The translations under genes were made by a program, and so were the position numbers. Shown one piece after another: positions 36,528 through 45,788 of a DNA stretch of 64,000 bases. A model generated the notes under the pieces. That model had not been told where the DNA came from, did not search any database, and worked only from the letters and a program-made list of their open reading frames with translations. The DNA comes from Acetatifactor sp. (GTDB taxonomy: Bacteria > Bacillota > Clostridia > Lachnospirales > Lachnospiraceae): positions 10,024 through 74,023 of the forward strand of contig JAIDDH010000091.1 of assembly GCA_029055435.1 (NCBI GenBank). The letters run 5' to 3'. The stretch's first letter is position 1. Each line of letters opens with the position of its first letter.

Positions 36528-37583
36528 ATGATAAAATTACGAAAAAACAGAAGATATGCGGCGGTTCTGTGCGGTCTGCTGGCGGCGGCTCTGCTCGCCG
36601 GGTGCGGCAGTACCGGGGGAAAGACTGCGGAGGCCATGCAGCTTTTGCAGAATCTCCAGTATCAGGAGGCTCTTGCCGTATTTCAGACGGCGGAGGAGGA
36701 AGGCGAGAATTCCCGGCTGATAGACAGGGGGCGGGGCATTGCCTACATGGGACTGACGGATTATGAGAATGCCATCGCCAGTTTTGAGGCGGCTCTGGCC
36801 GGAAGCGACGGTTTTGTGCAGCCGGTGGATTTTGATCTGAATTATTATCTGGCAGCAGCTTTCATCAAAAACGGACAGCCCGCAGAGGCGGAGGAGGTCT
36901 ATAACGCCATTTTGGCGCTGCGCCCCGAGGAGAAGGACGCCCATTTCCTGCGCGGCAACGTGCGTCTGGAGCAGGGCAATTATGAGGGCGCCAAGGAAGA
37001 TTTTGACCGGGTGGTGTCTCTGGACGCCAACAATTATGATCGTATGATTCAGATATATCAGGCGCTGCAGCATTACGGCTACAAGGATGTGGGGCGCGAA
37101 TATCTGGAAAATGCAATGCAGGTCGCCGAGAACAAGATGAATAGCTACGACAGCGGGCGCATGTACTATTATCTGGGAGAATACCAGAAGGCCTGTGTCG
37201 CTCTGGAGAAGGCCAGAGAGAAGGGGGATGCGGAAAGCTATCTCTATCTGGGCAGGGCTTATGAGGCCACCGGAGATTATAACTATGCGGCCAGTGTCTA
37301 CAATTCGTGGATTGCCAAGGATACGGGAAACGCCGCCATCTATAATCAGTTGGGACTGTGCGAGATGGCCATGGGCGATTATCAGCAGGCGTTGGAGGCC
37401 TTTCAGGCCGGGATGCAGGTGGAGGGCAACACGCTGATGCAGACCCTTGCCTTTAATGAGATTGTGGCCTACGAATATTTGGAGGAGTATCAGAAGGCTT
37501 TTGCACTGGTGGAAAATTATCTGAGAAGCTATCCTGACGACGAGCAGGCCAAAAGAGAACGGCAGTTTCTCTCCACCAGATAA
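36528..37583 (+). CDS. Tetratricopeptide-repeat lipoprotein
   Basis: Lipobox LLAGCGS and multiple TPR-like units (..YQEALAVFQ.., ..YENAIASFE.., ..YEGAKEDFDRV.., ..YQKACVALEKA..). Confidence 0.75.
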   Translation: MIKLRKNRRYAAVLCGLLAAALLAGCGSTGGKTAEAMQLLQNLQYQEALAVFQTAEEEGENSRLIDRGRGIAYMGLTDYENAIASFEAALAGSDGFVQPVDFDLNYYLAAAFIKNGQPAEAEEVYNAILALRPEEKDAHFLRGNVRLEQGNYEGAKEDFDRVVSLDANNYDRMIQIYQALQHYGYKDVGREYLENAMQVAENKMNSYDSGRMYYYLGEYQKACVALEKAREKGDAESYLYLGRAYEATGDYNYAASVYNSWIAKDTGNAAIYNQLGLCEMAMGDYQQALEAFQAGMQVEGNTLMQTLAFNEIVAYEYLEEYQKAFALVENYLRSYPDDEQAKRERQFLSTR

Positions 37584-37609
37584 ACACTCAAGATAGAATA
37601 CGGAAATCG

Positions 37610-37650
37610 ATGCCCGGAACGCGCGATATCATGCGGTTCCGGGCATTTTG
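37610..37650 (+). terminator. Rho-independent terminator after the TPR gene
   Basis: ATGCCCGGAAC-N15-GTTCCGGGCAT followed by TTTT. Confidence 0.75.
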
Positions 37651-37718
37651 CTCGTCTAGTACTGACTGAGTCAGTCAATACCAAATATGCCATATGTGAC
37701 ATGTGTGTCGTAGGAAAA

Positions 37719-37734
37719 CCACAATATATTGTAG
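37719..37734. promoter_or_regulatory. NrdR box upstream of nrdD
   Basis: CCACAATATATTGTAG contains the perfect palindrome ACAATATATTGT. It matches the NrdR-box consensus acaCwAtATaTwGtgt and sits about 20 nt upstream of the -35. Confidence 0.6.
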
Positions 37735-37752
37735 TTTGCTGCTTTCAGGCCA

Positions 37753-37781
37753 TTGACTTTGCTGTCGCAAAATGCTATAGT
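37753..37781 (+). promoter_or_regulatory. Sigma-A type promoter of nrdD
   Basis: TTGACT-N17-TATAGT, 41 nt upstream of the nrdD ATG. Confidence 0.55.
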
Positions 37782-37821
37782 AGTATAAATTGCACTTCAG
37801 ATAATTTTAGGAGGGACAGGG

Positions 37822-40212
37822 ATGTTTCAGGTAATCAAGAGAGACGGCGGAAAGACGGATTTTTCGCTGACCAAGATCAATGATGTCATCATGAAGGCGT
37901 TCACGGCTACGCAGATGAATTACAATAATGATATTGTAGATTTGCTGGCACTGAGGGTGACAGCAGATTTTCAGGATAAGGTAAAGGACGATGCCATCCA
38001 TGTGGAAGATATTCAGGACAGTGTGGAGCGTGTGCTGGGACAGGCGGGCTATGAGGAGGCTGCAAAGGCCTACATTCTCTACCGCAAGCAGAGAGAGAAA
38101 ATGCGCACCATGAAGTCCACCATTCTGGACTATAAAGATGTAGTGAACAGCTATGTGAAAGTGGAGGACTGGCGTGTAAAGGAGAATTCCACTGTCACTT
38201 ACTCCGTGGGCGGCCTGATTCTCTCCAATTCCGGCGCTGTGACTGCAAACTACTGGCTCTCTGAGATTTACGATCAGGAGATTGCGGAGGCACACCGCAA
38301 TGCGGACATCCATATTCATGATCTGTCCATGCTCACCGGCTACTGTGCGGGCTGGTCCCTGAAACAGCTGATTAAGGAAGGTCTGGGGGGAATCACAGGC
38401 AAGATTACTTCTGCGCCGGCCAAACATCTGGGTGTGCTCTGCAATCAGATGGTGAATTTCCTGGGCATCATGCAGAATGAGTGGGCGGGAGCTCAGGCTT
38501 TTTCCTCCTTTGATACATATCTGGCTCCCTTTGTGAAAGCGGACAATCTGAGCTATGAAGAAGTAAAGAAGTGCATTGAGGCGTTTATCTACGGCGTGAA
38601 TACACCCAGCCGCTGGGGCACACAGGCCCCCTTCTCCAATATCACTCTGGACTGGACGGTGCCCGATGATCTGGCGGAGCTTCCTGCTATCGTGGGCGGC
38701 GAGGAGATGGACTTTAAATATAAGGACTGCAAGAAAGAGATGGACATGGTGAACAAGGCTTTTATCCAGACCATGATCGAGGGGGATTCCAACGGGCGCG
38801 GTTTCCAGTACCCCATTCCCACTTATTCCATCACAAGGGATTTCGATTGGTCTGATACGGAGAATAACCGCCTTTTGTTCGAGATGACGGCAAAATACGG
38901 CACGCCGTATTTCTCAAACTATATCAATTCTGATATGCAGCCCTCGGACGTGCGCAGCATGTGCTGCAGACTGCGTCTGGATTTGAGAGAGTTGCGCAAG
39001 AAAACCGGAGGATTCTTCGGCTCGGGCGAGAGTACGGGCAGCGTGGGCGTGGTGACCATCAATATGCCCCGCATCGCCTATCTGTCCGCCAACCGGGATG
39101 AATTTTATGCCAGACTGAATCATATGATGGATATCGCAGCCCGCAGCCTGAAGGTGAAGAGGGATGTGATCACGAAGCTTCTGGATGAAGGTCTGTATCC
39201 TTATACTAAGCGGTATCTGGGCACTTTTGACAATCATTTCTCCACCATCGGCCTCATCGGTATGAGCGAGGTGGGCCTGAATGCCAATTGGCTGAGGGCG
39301 GATATGAGCAGTGAGAAGACTCAGGAGTTCACAAAAGAGGTGCTGAATCACATGCGCAATCGTCTCTCCGACTATCAGGAGCAGTACGGCGACCTGTATA
39401 ATCTGGAGGCGACTCCTGCGGAGAGCACCACTTACCGTCTGGCAAAGCATGACAAGAAACGCTGGCCGGCCATCAAGACCGCAGGAAAGCAGGGGGACAC
39501 CCCCTACTACACCAATTCCTCACATCTGCCGGTGGATTATACCACAGATATTTTTGATGCGCTGGATGTGCAGGATGAGCTGCAGACACTGTATACCTCA
39601 GGAACTGTGTTCCATGCATTCCTGGGGGAGAAGCTTCCCGACTGGAAAGCTGCGGCGGCACTGGTGCGAAAAATTGCGGAAAACTACAAGCTTCCGTATT
39701 ATACGTTGTCCCCTACTTATTCCATCTGCCGTGAGCACGGTTATCTGGCGGGCGAGGTGAAGGAATGCCCTCACTGCGGCGCAAAGACAGAGGTTTACAG
39801 CCGTATTACCGGTTATTACAGACCGGTGCAGAACTGGAACGACGGGAAGCTGCAGGAATACGCTAACCGCACCGAGTATGATGTCGAGAATTCTGTGCTC
39901 AAGCGCCCGGTGACCAGCGTGGTCAAACTCTCCAATTTTGCGGAGGATGTGCAGATTTCCGTGGAGGAGCCCAAGAATGTAAAATATCTGTTCACCACCA
40001 AAACCTGCCCCAATTGTCAGCTGGCGAAGGAGTATCTGGAGGATGTACCTTATGCGCTGATTGACGCGGAGGAGAACATCGAGCTGGCAAACCGCTACGG
40101 CGTGATGCAGGCGCCCACTTTAGTGGTGGTGAACGGGGATAAATATAAAAAGTATGTCAATGCTTCCAACATTAAGAAATATGTTGACCAGATGCAGGAA
40201 GTTCTGGTGTAG
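37822..40212 (+). CDS. nrdD: Anaerobic ribonucleoside-triphosphate reductase (class III) with C-terminal thioredoxin-fold (glutaredoxin/NrdH-like) domain
   Basis: N-terminal ATP-cone (MFQVIKRDGGKTDF..), Zn site CREHGY..CPHCG, glycyl-radical motif SRITGYYRPV. A roughly 100-aa extension follows with KYLFTTKTCPNCQLAKEYL...APTLVV. Confidence 0.95.
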   Translation: MFQVIKRDGGKTDFSLTKINDVIMKAFTATQMNYNNDIVDLLALRVTADFQDKVKDDAIHVEDIQDSVERVLGQAGYEEAAKAYILYRKQREKMRTMKSTILDYKDVVNSYVKVEDWRVKENSTVTYSVGGLILSNSGAVTANYWLSEIYDQEIAEAHRNADIHIHDLSMLTGYCAGWSLKQLIKEGLGGITGKITSAPAKHLGVLCNQMVNFLGIMQNEWAGAQAFSSFDTYLAPFVKADNLSYEEVKKCIEAFIYGVNTPSRWGTQAPFSNITLDWTVPDDLAELPAIVGGEEMDFKYKDCKKEMDMVNKAFIQTMIEGDSNGRGFQYPIPTYSITRDFDWSDTENNRLLFEMTAKYGTPYFSNYINSDMQPSDVRSMCCRLRLDLRELRKKTGGFFGSGESTGSVGVVTINMPRIAYLSANRDEFYARLNHMMDIAARSLKVKRDVITKLLDEGLYPYTKRYLGTFDNHFSTIGLIGMSEVGLNANWLRADMSSEKTQEFTKEVLNHMRNRLSDYQEQYGDLYNLEATPAESTTYRLAKHDKKRWPAIKTAGKQGDTPYYTNSSHLPVDYTTDIFDALDVQDELQTLYTSGTVFHAFLGEKLPDWKAAAALVRKIAENYKLPYYTLSPTYSICREHGYLAGEVKECPHCGAKTEVYSRITGYYRPVQNWNDGKLQEYANRTEYDVENSVLKRPVTSVVKLSNFAEDVQISVEEPKNVKYLFTTKTCPNCQLAKEYLEDVPYALIDAEENIELANRYGVMQAPTLVVVNGDKYKKYVNASNIKKYVDQMQEVLV

Positions 40213-40235
40213 AAAGAGCTATTAGGGAGATTCGC

Positions 40236-41171
40236 ATGATTAATAAACTGATTTCAAAGATTCAGAGTACCAACGCCCCCATTGTGGTGGGATTGGATCC
40301 CATGATGAAATATGTGCCCGAGCACATTCAGAAGAAGGCTTTTGAGGAGCTTGGAGAGACCTTGGAGGGCGCAGCGGAGGCTATCTGGCAGTACAATAAA
40401 GGCATTGTGGACGCTATTTATGATCTGGTGCCCGCAGTAAAGCCACAGATTGCCATGTATGAGCAGTTTGGCATACCGGGCATGATCGCCTTTCAGAAGA
40501 CGGTGGATTACTGCAAAGAGAAGGATCTGGTGGTGATCGGCGATGTGAAGCGCGGTGATATCGGTTCTACCTCTGAGGCTTACGCGGTGGGACATCTGGG
40601 CAGAGTGACCGTGGGCAGCAAGAGCTATTGCGGCTTCGGCGAGGACTTTGCCACGGTGAATCCCTATCTGGGCAGTGACGGAATCGCGCCCTTCATAAAG
40701 GTATGCAAAGAGGAGAAAAAGGGGATTTTCGTGCTGGTGAAGACTTCCAATCCATCCAGCGGAGAATTTCAGGATCAGTTGATAGAGGGCAGACATCTCT
40801 ATGAGCTGGTGGGCGAAAAGGTGTCCCGGTGGGGCGCAGAGTGCATGCCCGAGGAAGGCAGTTACAGTTATGTGGGAGCAGTGGTGGGCGCAACCTACCC
40901 CGAACAAGGGAAACTTTTGCGCAAGATCATGCCAAGAACCTTTATTCTGGTGCCCGGTTATGGCGCACAGGGCGGAAAGGGTGCAGACCTGGTACATTTC
41001 TTTAACGAGGATGGACTGGGAGCCATCATCAATTCCTCCAGAGGGATCATCGCGGCATGGCAGCAGGAGAAGTATGCACGCTGCGGAGAAGAAGGGTATG
41101 CGGATGCTGCCCGCATGGCGGTGCTGGATATGAGAGAAGATATCGCTCAGGCCCTTCAGGCGAGGGGGTAA
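40236..41171 (+). CDS. pyrF: Orotidine 5'-phosphate decarboxylase (long, type 2)
   Basis: 311 aa. ..PIVVGLDP.., ..VIGDVKRGDIGST.., ..FILVPGYGAQGG.. Confidence 0.9.
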   Translation: MINKLISKIQSTNAPIVVGLDPMMKYVPEHIQKKAFEELGETLEGAAEAIWQYNKGIVDAIYDLVPAVKPQIAMYEQFGIPGMIAFQKTVDYCKEKDLVVIGDVKRGDIGSTSEAYAVGHLGRVTVGSKSYCGFGEDFATVNPYLGSDGIAPFIKVCKEEKKGIFVLVKTSNPSSGEFQDQLIEGRHLYELVGEKVSRWGAECMPEEGSYSYVGAVVGATYPEQGKLLRKIMPRTFILVPGYGAQGGKGADLVHFFNEDGLGAIINSSRGIIAAWQQEKYARCGEEGYADAARMAVLDMREDIAQALQARG

Positions 41172-41174
41172 AAG

Positions 41175-41723
41175 ATGTTGCCGCAGATATTTTGGGAAAT
41201 CGATCACAATATTTTGCTGGCCCTGCAGGCTGCGCGCATCCCGCTTTTGGACGCTGTACTCAGCTTTATTACCTCGCTGGGAGACAAGGGCTTTATATGG
41301 ATTGTGCTGACCGTGCTGCTTTTGTGCAGAAAGGACACGCGGAAGGTGGGAATTCTCTGCGCGCTGGCGCTGCTTGGTTCCCTTCTTGTGAATAATATAA
41401 TCTTAAAAAATCTGGTGAGCCGCATGCGGCCCTTTGACCGTTATGATGATTTGATACCGCTGGTCGCGCGGCCTGTGGATTTTTCCTTTCCCTCGGGACA
41501 CACGGGCAGCTCCTTTGCCGCCGCAGGCGTGATGTATGCGAAGCTTCCCCGCAGGTTTGGCGTTTTGGCCATAGTTTTTGCGGCACTGATAGCCTTTTCC
41601 AGACTCTATGTGGGCGTCCATTATCCCAGCGATGTGCTGGCGGGCCTGGCGACGGGGCTTATGATTGCTGTGTTCGTATGTCTGGCAGAGCAGAAATTGT
41701 ATAGACACAAGCGGGAAACCTGA
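41175..41723 (+). CDS. PAP2-family phosphatase (undecaprenyl-diphosphatase/BcrC-like)
   Basis: Acid-phosphatase motifs KNLVSRMRP, PSGH, and SRLYVGVHYPSD. 182 aa, multi-TM. Confidence 0.8.
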   Translation: MLPQIFWEIDHNILLALQAARIPLLDAVLSFITSLGDKGFIWIVLTVLLLCRKDTRKVGILCALALLGSLLVNNIILKNLVSRMRPFDRYDDLIPLVARPVDFSFPSGHTGSSFAAAGVMYAKLPRRFGVLAIVFAALIAFSRLYVGVHYPSDVLAGLATGLMIAVFVCLAEQKLYRHKRET

Positions 41724-41724
41724 A

Positions 41725-42567
41725 TTATTTGTGCTGATTTCTCCATCCTCGGGGAGAAATTCCGTAGATAGTCTTAAATGCACGTGAGAAATGAAGCTGA
41801 TTTTCATATCCGACAGCAGAGCCGATCTCTGCGATGGATAGGGAAGTCAGCTTTAACAATTCCGCGGCTTTCACCATCCGGTAATTCATCAGAAATTCCT
41901 GGGGTGAACGGCCGATGGAGCTGCGGAAGATTTTGCCGAAATAACTGCGGTTGATTCCGCAGACGGCGGCAATGTCCTCGATGGTTATATTATTCTGAAA
42001 GTTCTGCTCGATGTAGTTGATTGCTTCCTTGATATAGTAATCACTCATCCTGCCGCTCGGCGTCAGTCTGGTGGACTTGCACGACTGAAGCAGGTAATCC
42101 CAGAAGAGATAGAGATGCCCGATGAGATGGAAAGGGGATTCCTTTGTGTGATGGATGATATACAGCATTTCATTCATCATCTGTTCGCGGATATCTTTGG
42201 AATGCGGGTGATACACTGGGGTGTCCGGAGACAGCTCTGTCAGATCCAGAGCCTCTTTTACGCGCAGTCCGTCAAATTCAATCCACAAATATTCCCAGGG
42301 AAGGGCCGTGTCGGCATAATAGGTGTTGATCTGTCCGGGAAAAATTAGAAAGCCCTGCCCGCTCTTGATGGAATAGGTCCTGGTCTCCCCTTTGGCATTA
42401 TCTGCCATGAGCGTACCTGTGCCGGAGAGCACATAGTGAAACAGATAGTGATTTCTGACGGCAGGGCCGAAGGAATGTCCGGGGTCGCATTTCTCATAGC
42501 CATATTGATACATGCTCAGATCAATAAAATTTTCATTGGGAAATATATTAAAGAAAATATTGCTCAT
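41725..42567 (-). CDS. AraC-family transcriptional regulator (cupin sensor + HTH)
   Basis: 280 aa. N-terminal cupin-like domain and C-terminal ..IEDIAAVCGINRSYFGKIFR...AELL..T.LSI.EI...VGYENQLHFSRAFK. Divergent from the sugar ABC / alpha-galactosidase genes. Confidence 0.85.
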   Translation of the reverse strand: MSNIFFNIFPNENFIDLSMYQYGYEKCDPGHSFGPAVRNHYLFHYVLSGTGTLMADNAKGETRTYSIKSGQGFLIFPGQINTYYADTALPWEYLWIEFDGLRVKEALDLTELSPDTPVYHPHSKDIREQMMNEMLYIIHHTKESPFHLIGHLYLFWDYLLQSCKSTRLTPSGRMSDYYIKEAINYIEQNFQNNITIEDIAAVCGINRSYFGKIFRSSIGRSPQEFLMNYRMVKAAELLKLTSLSIAEIGSAVGYENQLHFSRAFKTIYGISPRGWRNQHK

Positions 42568-42740
42568 CGTATGCTCCTCGCGGTAAATATACCAAAATGC
42601 GTTATCATATGATATTATAGCACAGAAAATAGCATTGTGGTATAAAAATGAAAAGCAGGGCTATTTATTGCTAGCAAATTGGTATGTTAGAATAATTATA
42701 TCAACAGCAGGACTAAATTTCACTGAGAGGAGAGGAAAAT

Positions 42741-44030
42741 ATGAGGACAGCCGGAAGGTTATCGGTAACATTGGGGATTGCCATGGGAATGCTATGTCTC
42801 GCAGGCTGCGGACAGAGAGCGGCGGATGGTAAGATCGAGGTAGAACTGGTGTCTTACAAGCCCGAAGCGGTGGCCGCTTTTGAGCAGATAGAGGAGCGCT
42901 TTAATGCAACTCATGATGACATTCATCTGACCATTGATTCCCCCAACGAGGCAATGACAATTTTAAAGACAAGATTTATCAGAGAGGATTATCCCGATAT
43001 TGTTGGAATCGGCGGAGATATCAATTACTCCGGTTTCCTGGATGCGGACTTGTTCATGGACATCTCGGATCTGGAGGAGATTGGAACGGTGAAGCAATCT
43101 TATCTGGACATGGATAAGGAGCTGGAGTTTGTACCGCTGGAGGGAACCTATGCATTGCCCTATGCGGCGAATGCAGCGGGCATCCTGTACAATAAGGATA
43201 TGTTTGAGGAGCATGGATGGGAAATTCCGGAGACATGGAGTGAGTTTGTGGCTCTGTGTGAAGAGATTGAGGCAGAGGGTATTCAGCCACTCTATTTTGG
43301 CTATAAGGATACATGGACCTGTCTGGCTCCGTGGAATGCGCTGGCGGTGGGATTGTCCGATTCTGACACCTGTAATTAGGTGAATATGGGGAATACTACG
43401 TTTGCAGCATCCTACCGCGAGGTGGCCGAAAAGATAAGAGTACTGCTGGACTATGCGGAGCCGAATCCGTATGCTTATGGCTATAATGACGCCTGTACCG
43501 CTTTTGCAAGAGGGCAGTCGGCCATGTATCCCATTGGCAGTTACGCGATACCTCAGATCAAGTCGGTGAATCCCGATATGAATATCGATGCTTTCCCTTT
43601 CCCGGCCAATGAGGCGGAGGAGGATAACATCCTGAATTCCGGTATTGATCTGCAGTTCTGTGTGATGAAAAACTGTGATAAAAAAGAAGCCGTATACGAG
43701 GTGCTGCGCTTCCTGTATGAGGATGAGACCATTCAGATTTATCTCGATGATCAGGGTGGCGTTGCGTGCAAGGAGGGAGACTTTGATATTCCCGCAGAGC
43801 TGGAAGGCATGAGAGCCTATATTGAGGCCGACCGAATGGCGGACTTCCAGGATCATCACTATCCTAGTGAGATGAGCGTGGACGCTATGATACAGACCTA
43901 TTTGCTGGATGACAGCGCAAATTCCCTGGATACCTTTTTGACGCGGTTTGATACGGAATGGAAGCGTTATAACAGGGATTTGATCAGAAAGGTGCAGCAA
44001 TATCAGCAGGAGAGGGAGGGCGTACGATGA
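42741..44030 (+). pseudogene. Sugar ABC transporter substrate-binding lipoprotein interrupted by one in-frame TAG (43377..43379)
   Basis: Track ORFs 42741..43379 and 43380..44030 are in the same frame and abut directly (..DSDTCN-TAG-VNMGNTTF..). The N-terminus has the lipobox LCLAGCG. The combined length of about 429 aa is normal for family-1 SBPs. Confidence 0.75.
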
Positions 44031-44902
44031 AAAAGAAAATGTCAAATCGAGATAAGACGTTCTGGGCGGTTGTCATTCCGGTGTTGGTTCTGTTCTTTAC
44101 CTTTAACACTCTGCCCATGATAAAGGGTATCGTTTACAGCTTTACGAATTACAGAGGCTACGGAAGCTATGACTATGTGGGCTTAAGAAACTATATCGAC
44201 CTCTTTACAGACGCCAGAGTGGGGAAGAGCTATCTGTTTACATTCAAGTATGCGCTGGCAGGAACTGTGCTGGTCAATGTGCTGAGTCTGGTTATGGCGC
44301 TGGGCTTAAACAGCAGAATTCGATTTAAGAGCGCGCTCAGAGGAATTTACTTTGTGCCGAATATTCTGGGCGGACTGGTTATCGGTTACATTTTCAGTTT
44401 TATTTTCACATATATTCTCCCCGCAGTGGGCAATACATTTCATATCGGATTTCTGCAGAACAGTATCCTGGCCAGCGAGAAATATGCGTGGGTCGGCGTG
44501 CTGGTCGTGGGCGTATGGCAGGCGGTGGCAATGAATACCATCATCTATATCTCGGGTCTGCAGACAGTTCCCCAGGATGTGTATGAGGCCAGCATGTTGG
44601 ACGGAGCGGGAAAATGGAGAGAGTTCTGGTCAGTGACCTTCCCGCTGGTGATGCCCTTTGTGACTATCAATCTGGTGTTGAGCACGAAGAATTTCCTGAT
44701 GGTATTCGATCAGATCATGTCCCTGACAAAAGGAGGGCCGGCGCAGAGTACGGAATCCATTTCCTACCTCATCTACCGCAACGGAATGGACGGAGGACAG
44801 TTTGGTTTCCAGAGTGCAAATGCAGTGCTTTTCTTCGTTGTGATCGTGGCAATTTCCATTTTCCAGATGACCGTTATGAATAAGAAGGAGGAACAGTTAT
44901 GA
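44027..44902 (+). CDS. Carbohydrate ABC transporter permease (MalF-like)
   Basis: 291 aa, 6 TM, EAA-loop region ..YEASMLDGAGKWREFWSVTFP.. ATGA overlap with the SBP gene. Confidence 0.9.
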   Translation: MKKKMSNRDKTFWAVVIPVLVLFFTFNTLPMIKGIVYSFTNYRGYGSYDYVGLRNYIDLFTDARVGKSYLFTFKYALAGTVLVNVLSLVMALGLNSRIRFKSALRGIYFVPNILGGLVIGYIFSFIFTYILPAVGNTFHIGFLQNSILASEKYAWVGVLVVGVWQAVAMNTIIYISGLQTVPQDVYEASMLDGAGKWREFWSVTFPLVMPFVTINLVLSTKNFLMVFDQIMSLTKGGPAQSTESISYLIYRNGMDGGQFGFQSANAVLFFVVIVAISIFQMTVMNKKEEQL

Positions 44903-45741
44903 TAGAGAGAGCGCGTAAGACAAATTGGGTGCTGACGGTCGTGCTGATCTTAGGAACCGTCACCGTGTTTTTTCCGCTGTATATGGCGTTTATCATTGCG
45001 TTTAAGCAGCCCAGCGAGATGACCAACGATGTGGCAGGAGCGCTGGCGCCGCCCGCCAGATGGAGTATAGACAACTTCAGGCAGGCCATGGAGGTCACGG
45101 ACTTCTGGCGTTCTCTGGGGAACAGCCTTCTGATTACGCTGACCACCATTGTGCTGGCTGTTTTGATTCACTCCATTGCCGGCTATGTGATCGGCAGAGG
45201 CATGGCACATAAAAAGAGCTTTCGTTTTATCTACTTGTATATTGTCAGCGGTATGTTTGTTCCCTTTTCCATATTGATGATGCCTCTGGTGAAGCAGACG
45301 GCGCAGATGGGACTTGGAAATCGTGCTGGCGTTATTCTGTTATATCTGGTATTCTATATGCCGATGAATGTATTGCTCTATACGGGTTATCTGAAAAATA
45401 TCCCGGTGGCGCTGGAGGAGGCTGCCGATATTGACGGGGCCAGCACATGGAAGACTTATTGGAAAATCGTTTTTCCCATGATGATGCCCATGCATGCCAC
45501 TGTGGCTATTCTCACAGCACTGGGCACATGGAATGATGTCATGACACCTCTGGTGATCATGTCCGGAACAGGACAGAACACACTGCCTCTGGCACAGCTC
45601 AATTTCCAGACGCAGTTCGGCACCAATTATAACCTGGCTTTTGCATCGTATATCCTGGCATTGATTCCCATTCTGCTATTTTATATCATCTGCCAGAAAC
45701 AGATATTAAGCGGTGTTGCCAATGGAGCGGTAAAAGGGTAG
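44899..45741 (+). CDS. Carbohydrate ABC transporter permease (MalG-like)
   Basis: 280 aa. EAA loop ..LEEAADIDGASTWKTYWKIVFP.. Overlaps the upstream permease gene by 4 nt. Confidence 0.9.
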   Translation: MIERARKTNWVLTVVLILGTVTVFFPLYMAFIIAFKQPSEMTNDVAGALAPPARWSIDNFRQAMEVTDFWRSLGNSLLITLTTIVLAVLIHSIAGYVIGRGMAHKKSFRFIYLYIVSGMFVPFSILMMPLVKQTAQMGLGNRAGVILLYLVFYMPMNVLLYTGYLKNIPVALEEAADIDGASTWKTYWKIVFPMMMPMHATVAILTALGTWNDVMTPLVIMSGTGQNTLPLAQLNFQTQFGTNYNLAFASYILALIPILLFYIICQKQILSGVANGAVKG

Positions 45742-45788
45742 TATTAAAGTGGCGGCATTAATCATATCGAAAGGTTAGGAAGAAAAAT

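Noticed and set aside
37771-37790. Second NrdR box overlapping the nrdD -10 region
   Set aside because: It matches the consensus poorly. Its spacing from the strong box (about 54 bp) does not fit the usual arrangement of about 31-32 bp.
43377-43379. In-frame TAG decoded as pyrrolysine or programmed read-through
   Set aside because: No pyl genes or methylamine methyltransferase context appear in the window, and an SBP is not a known Pyl protein. A simple nonsense mutation or a sequencing error is more parsimonious.
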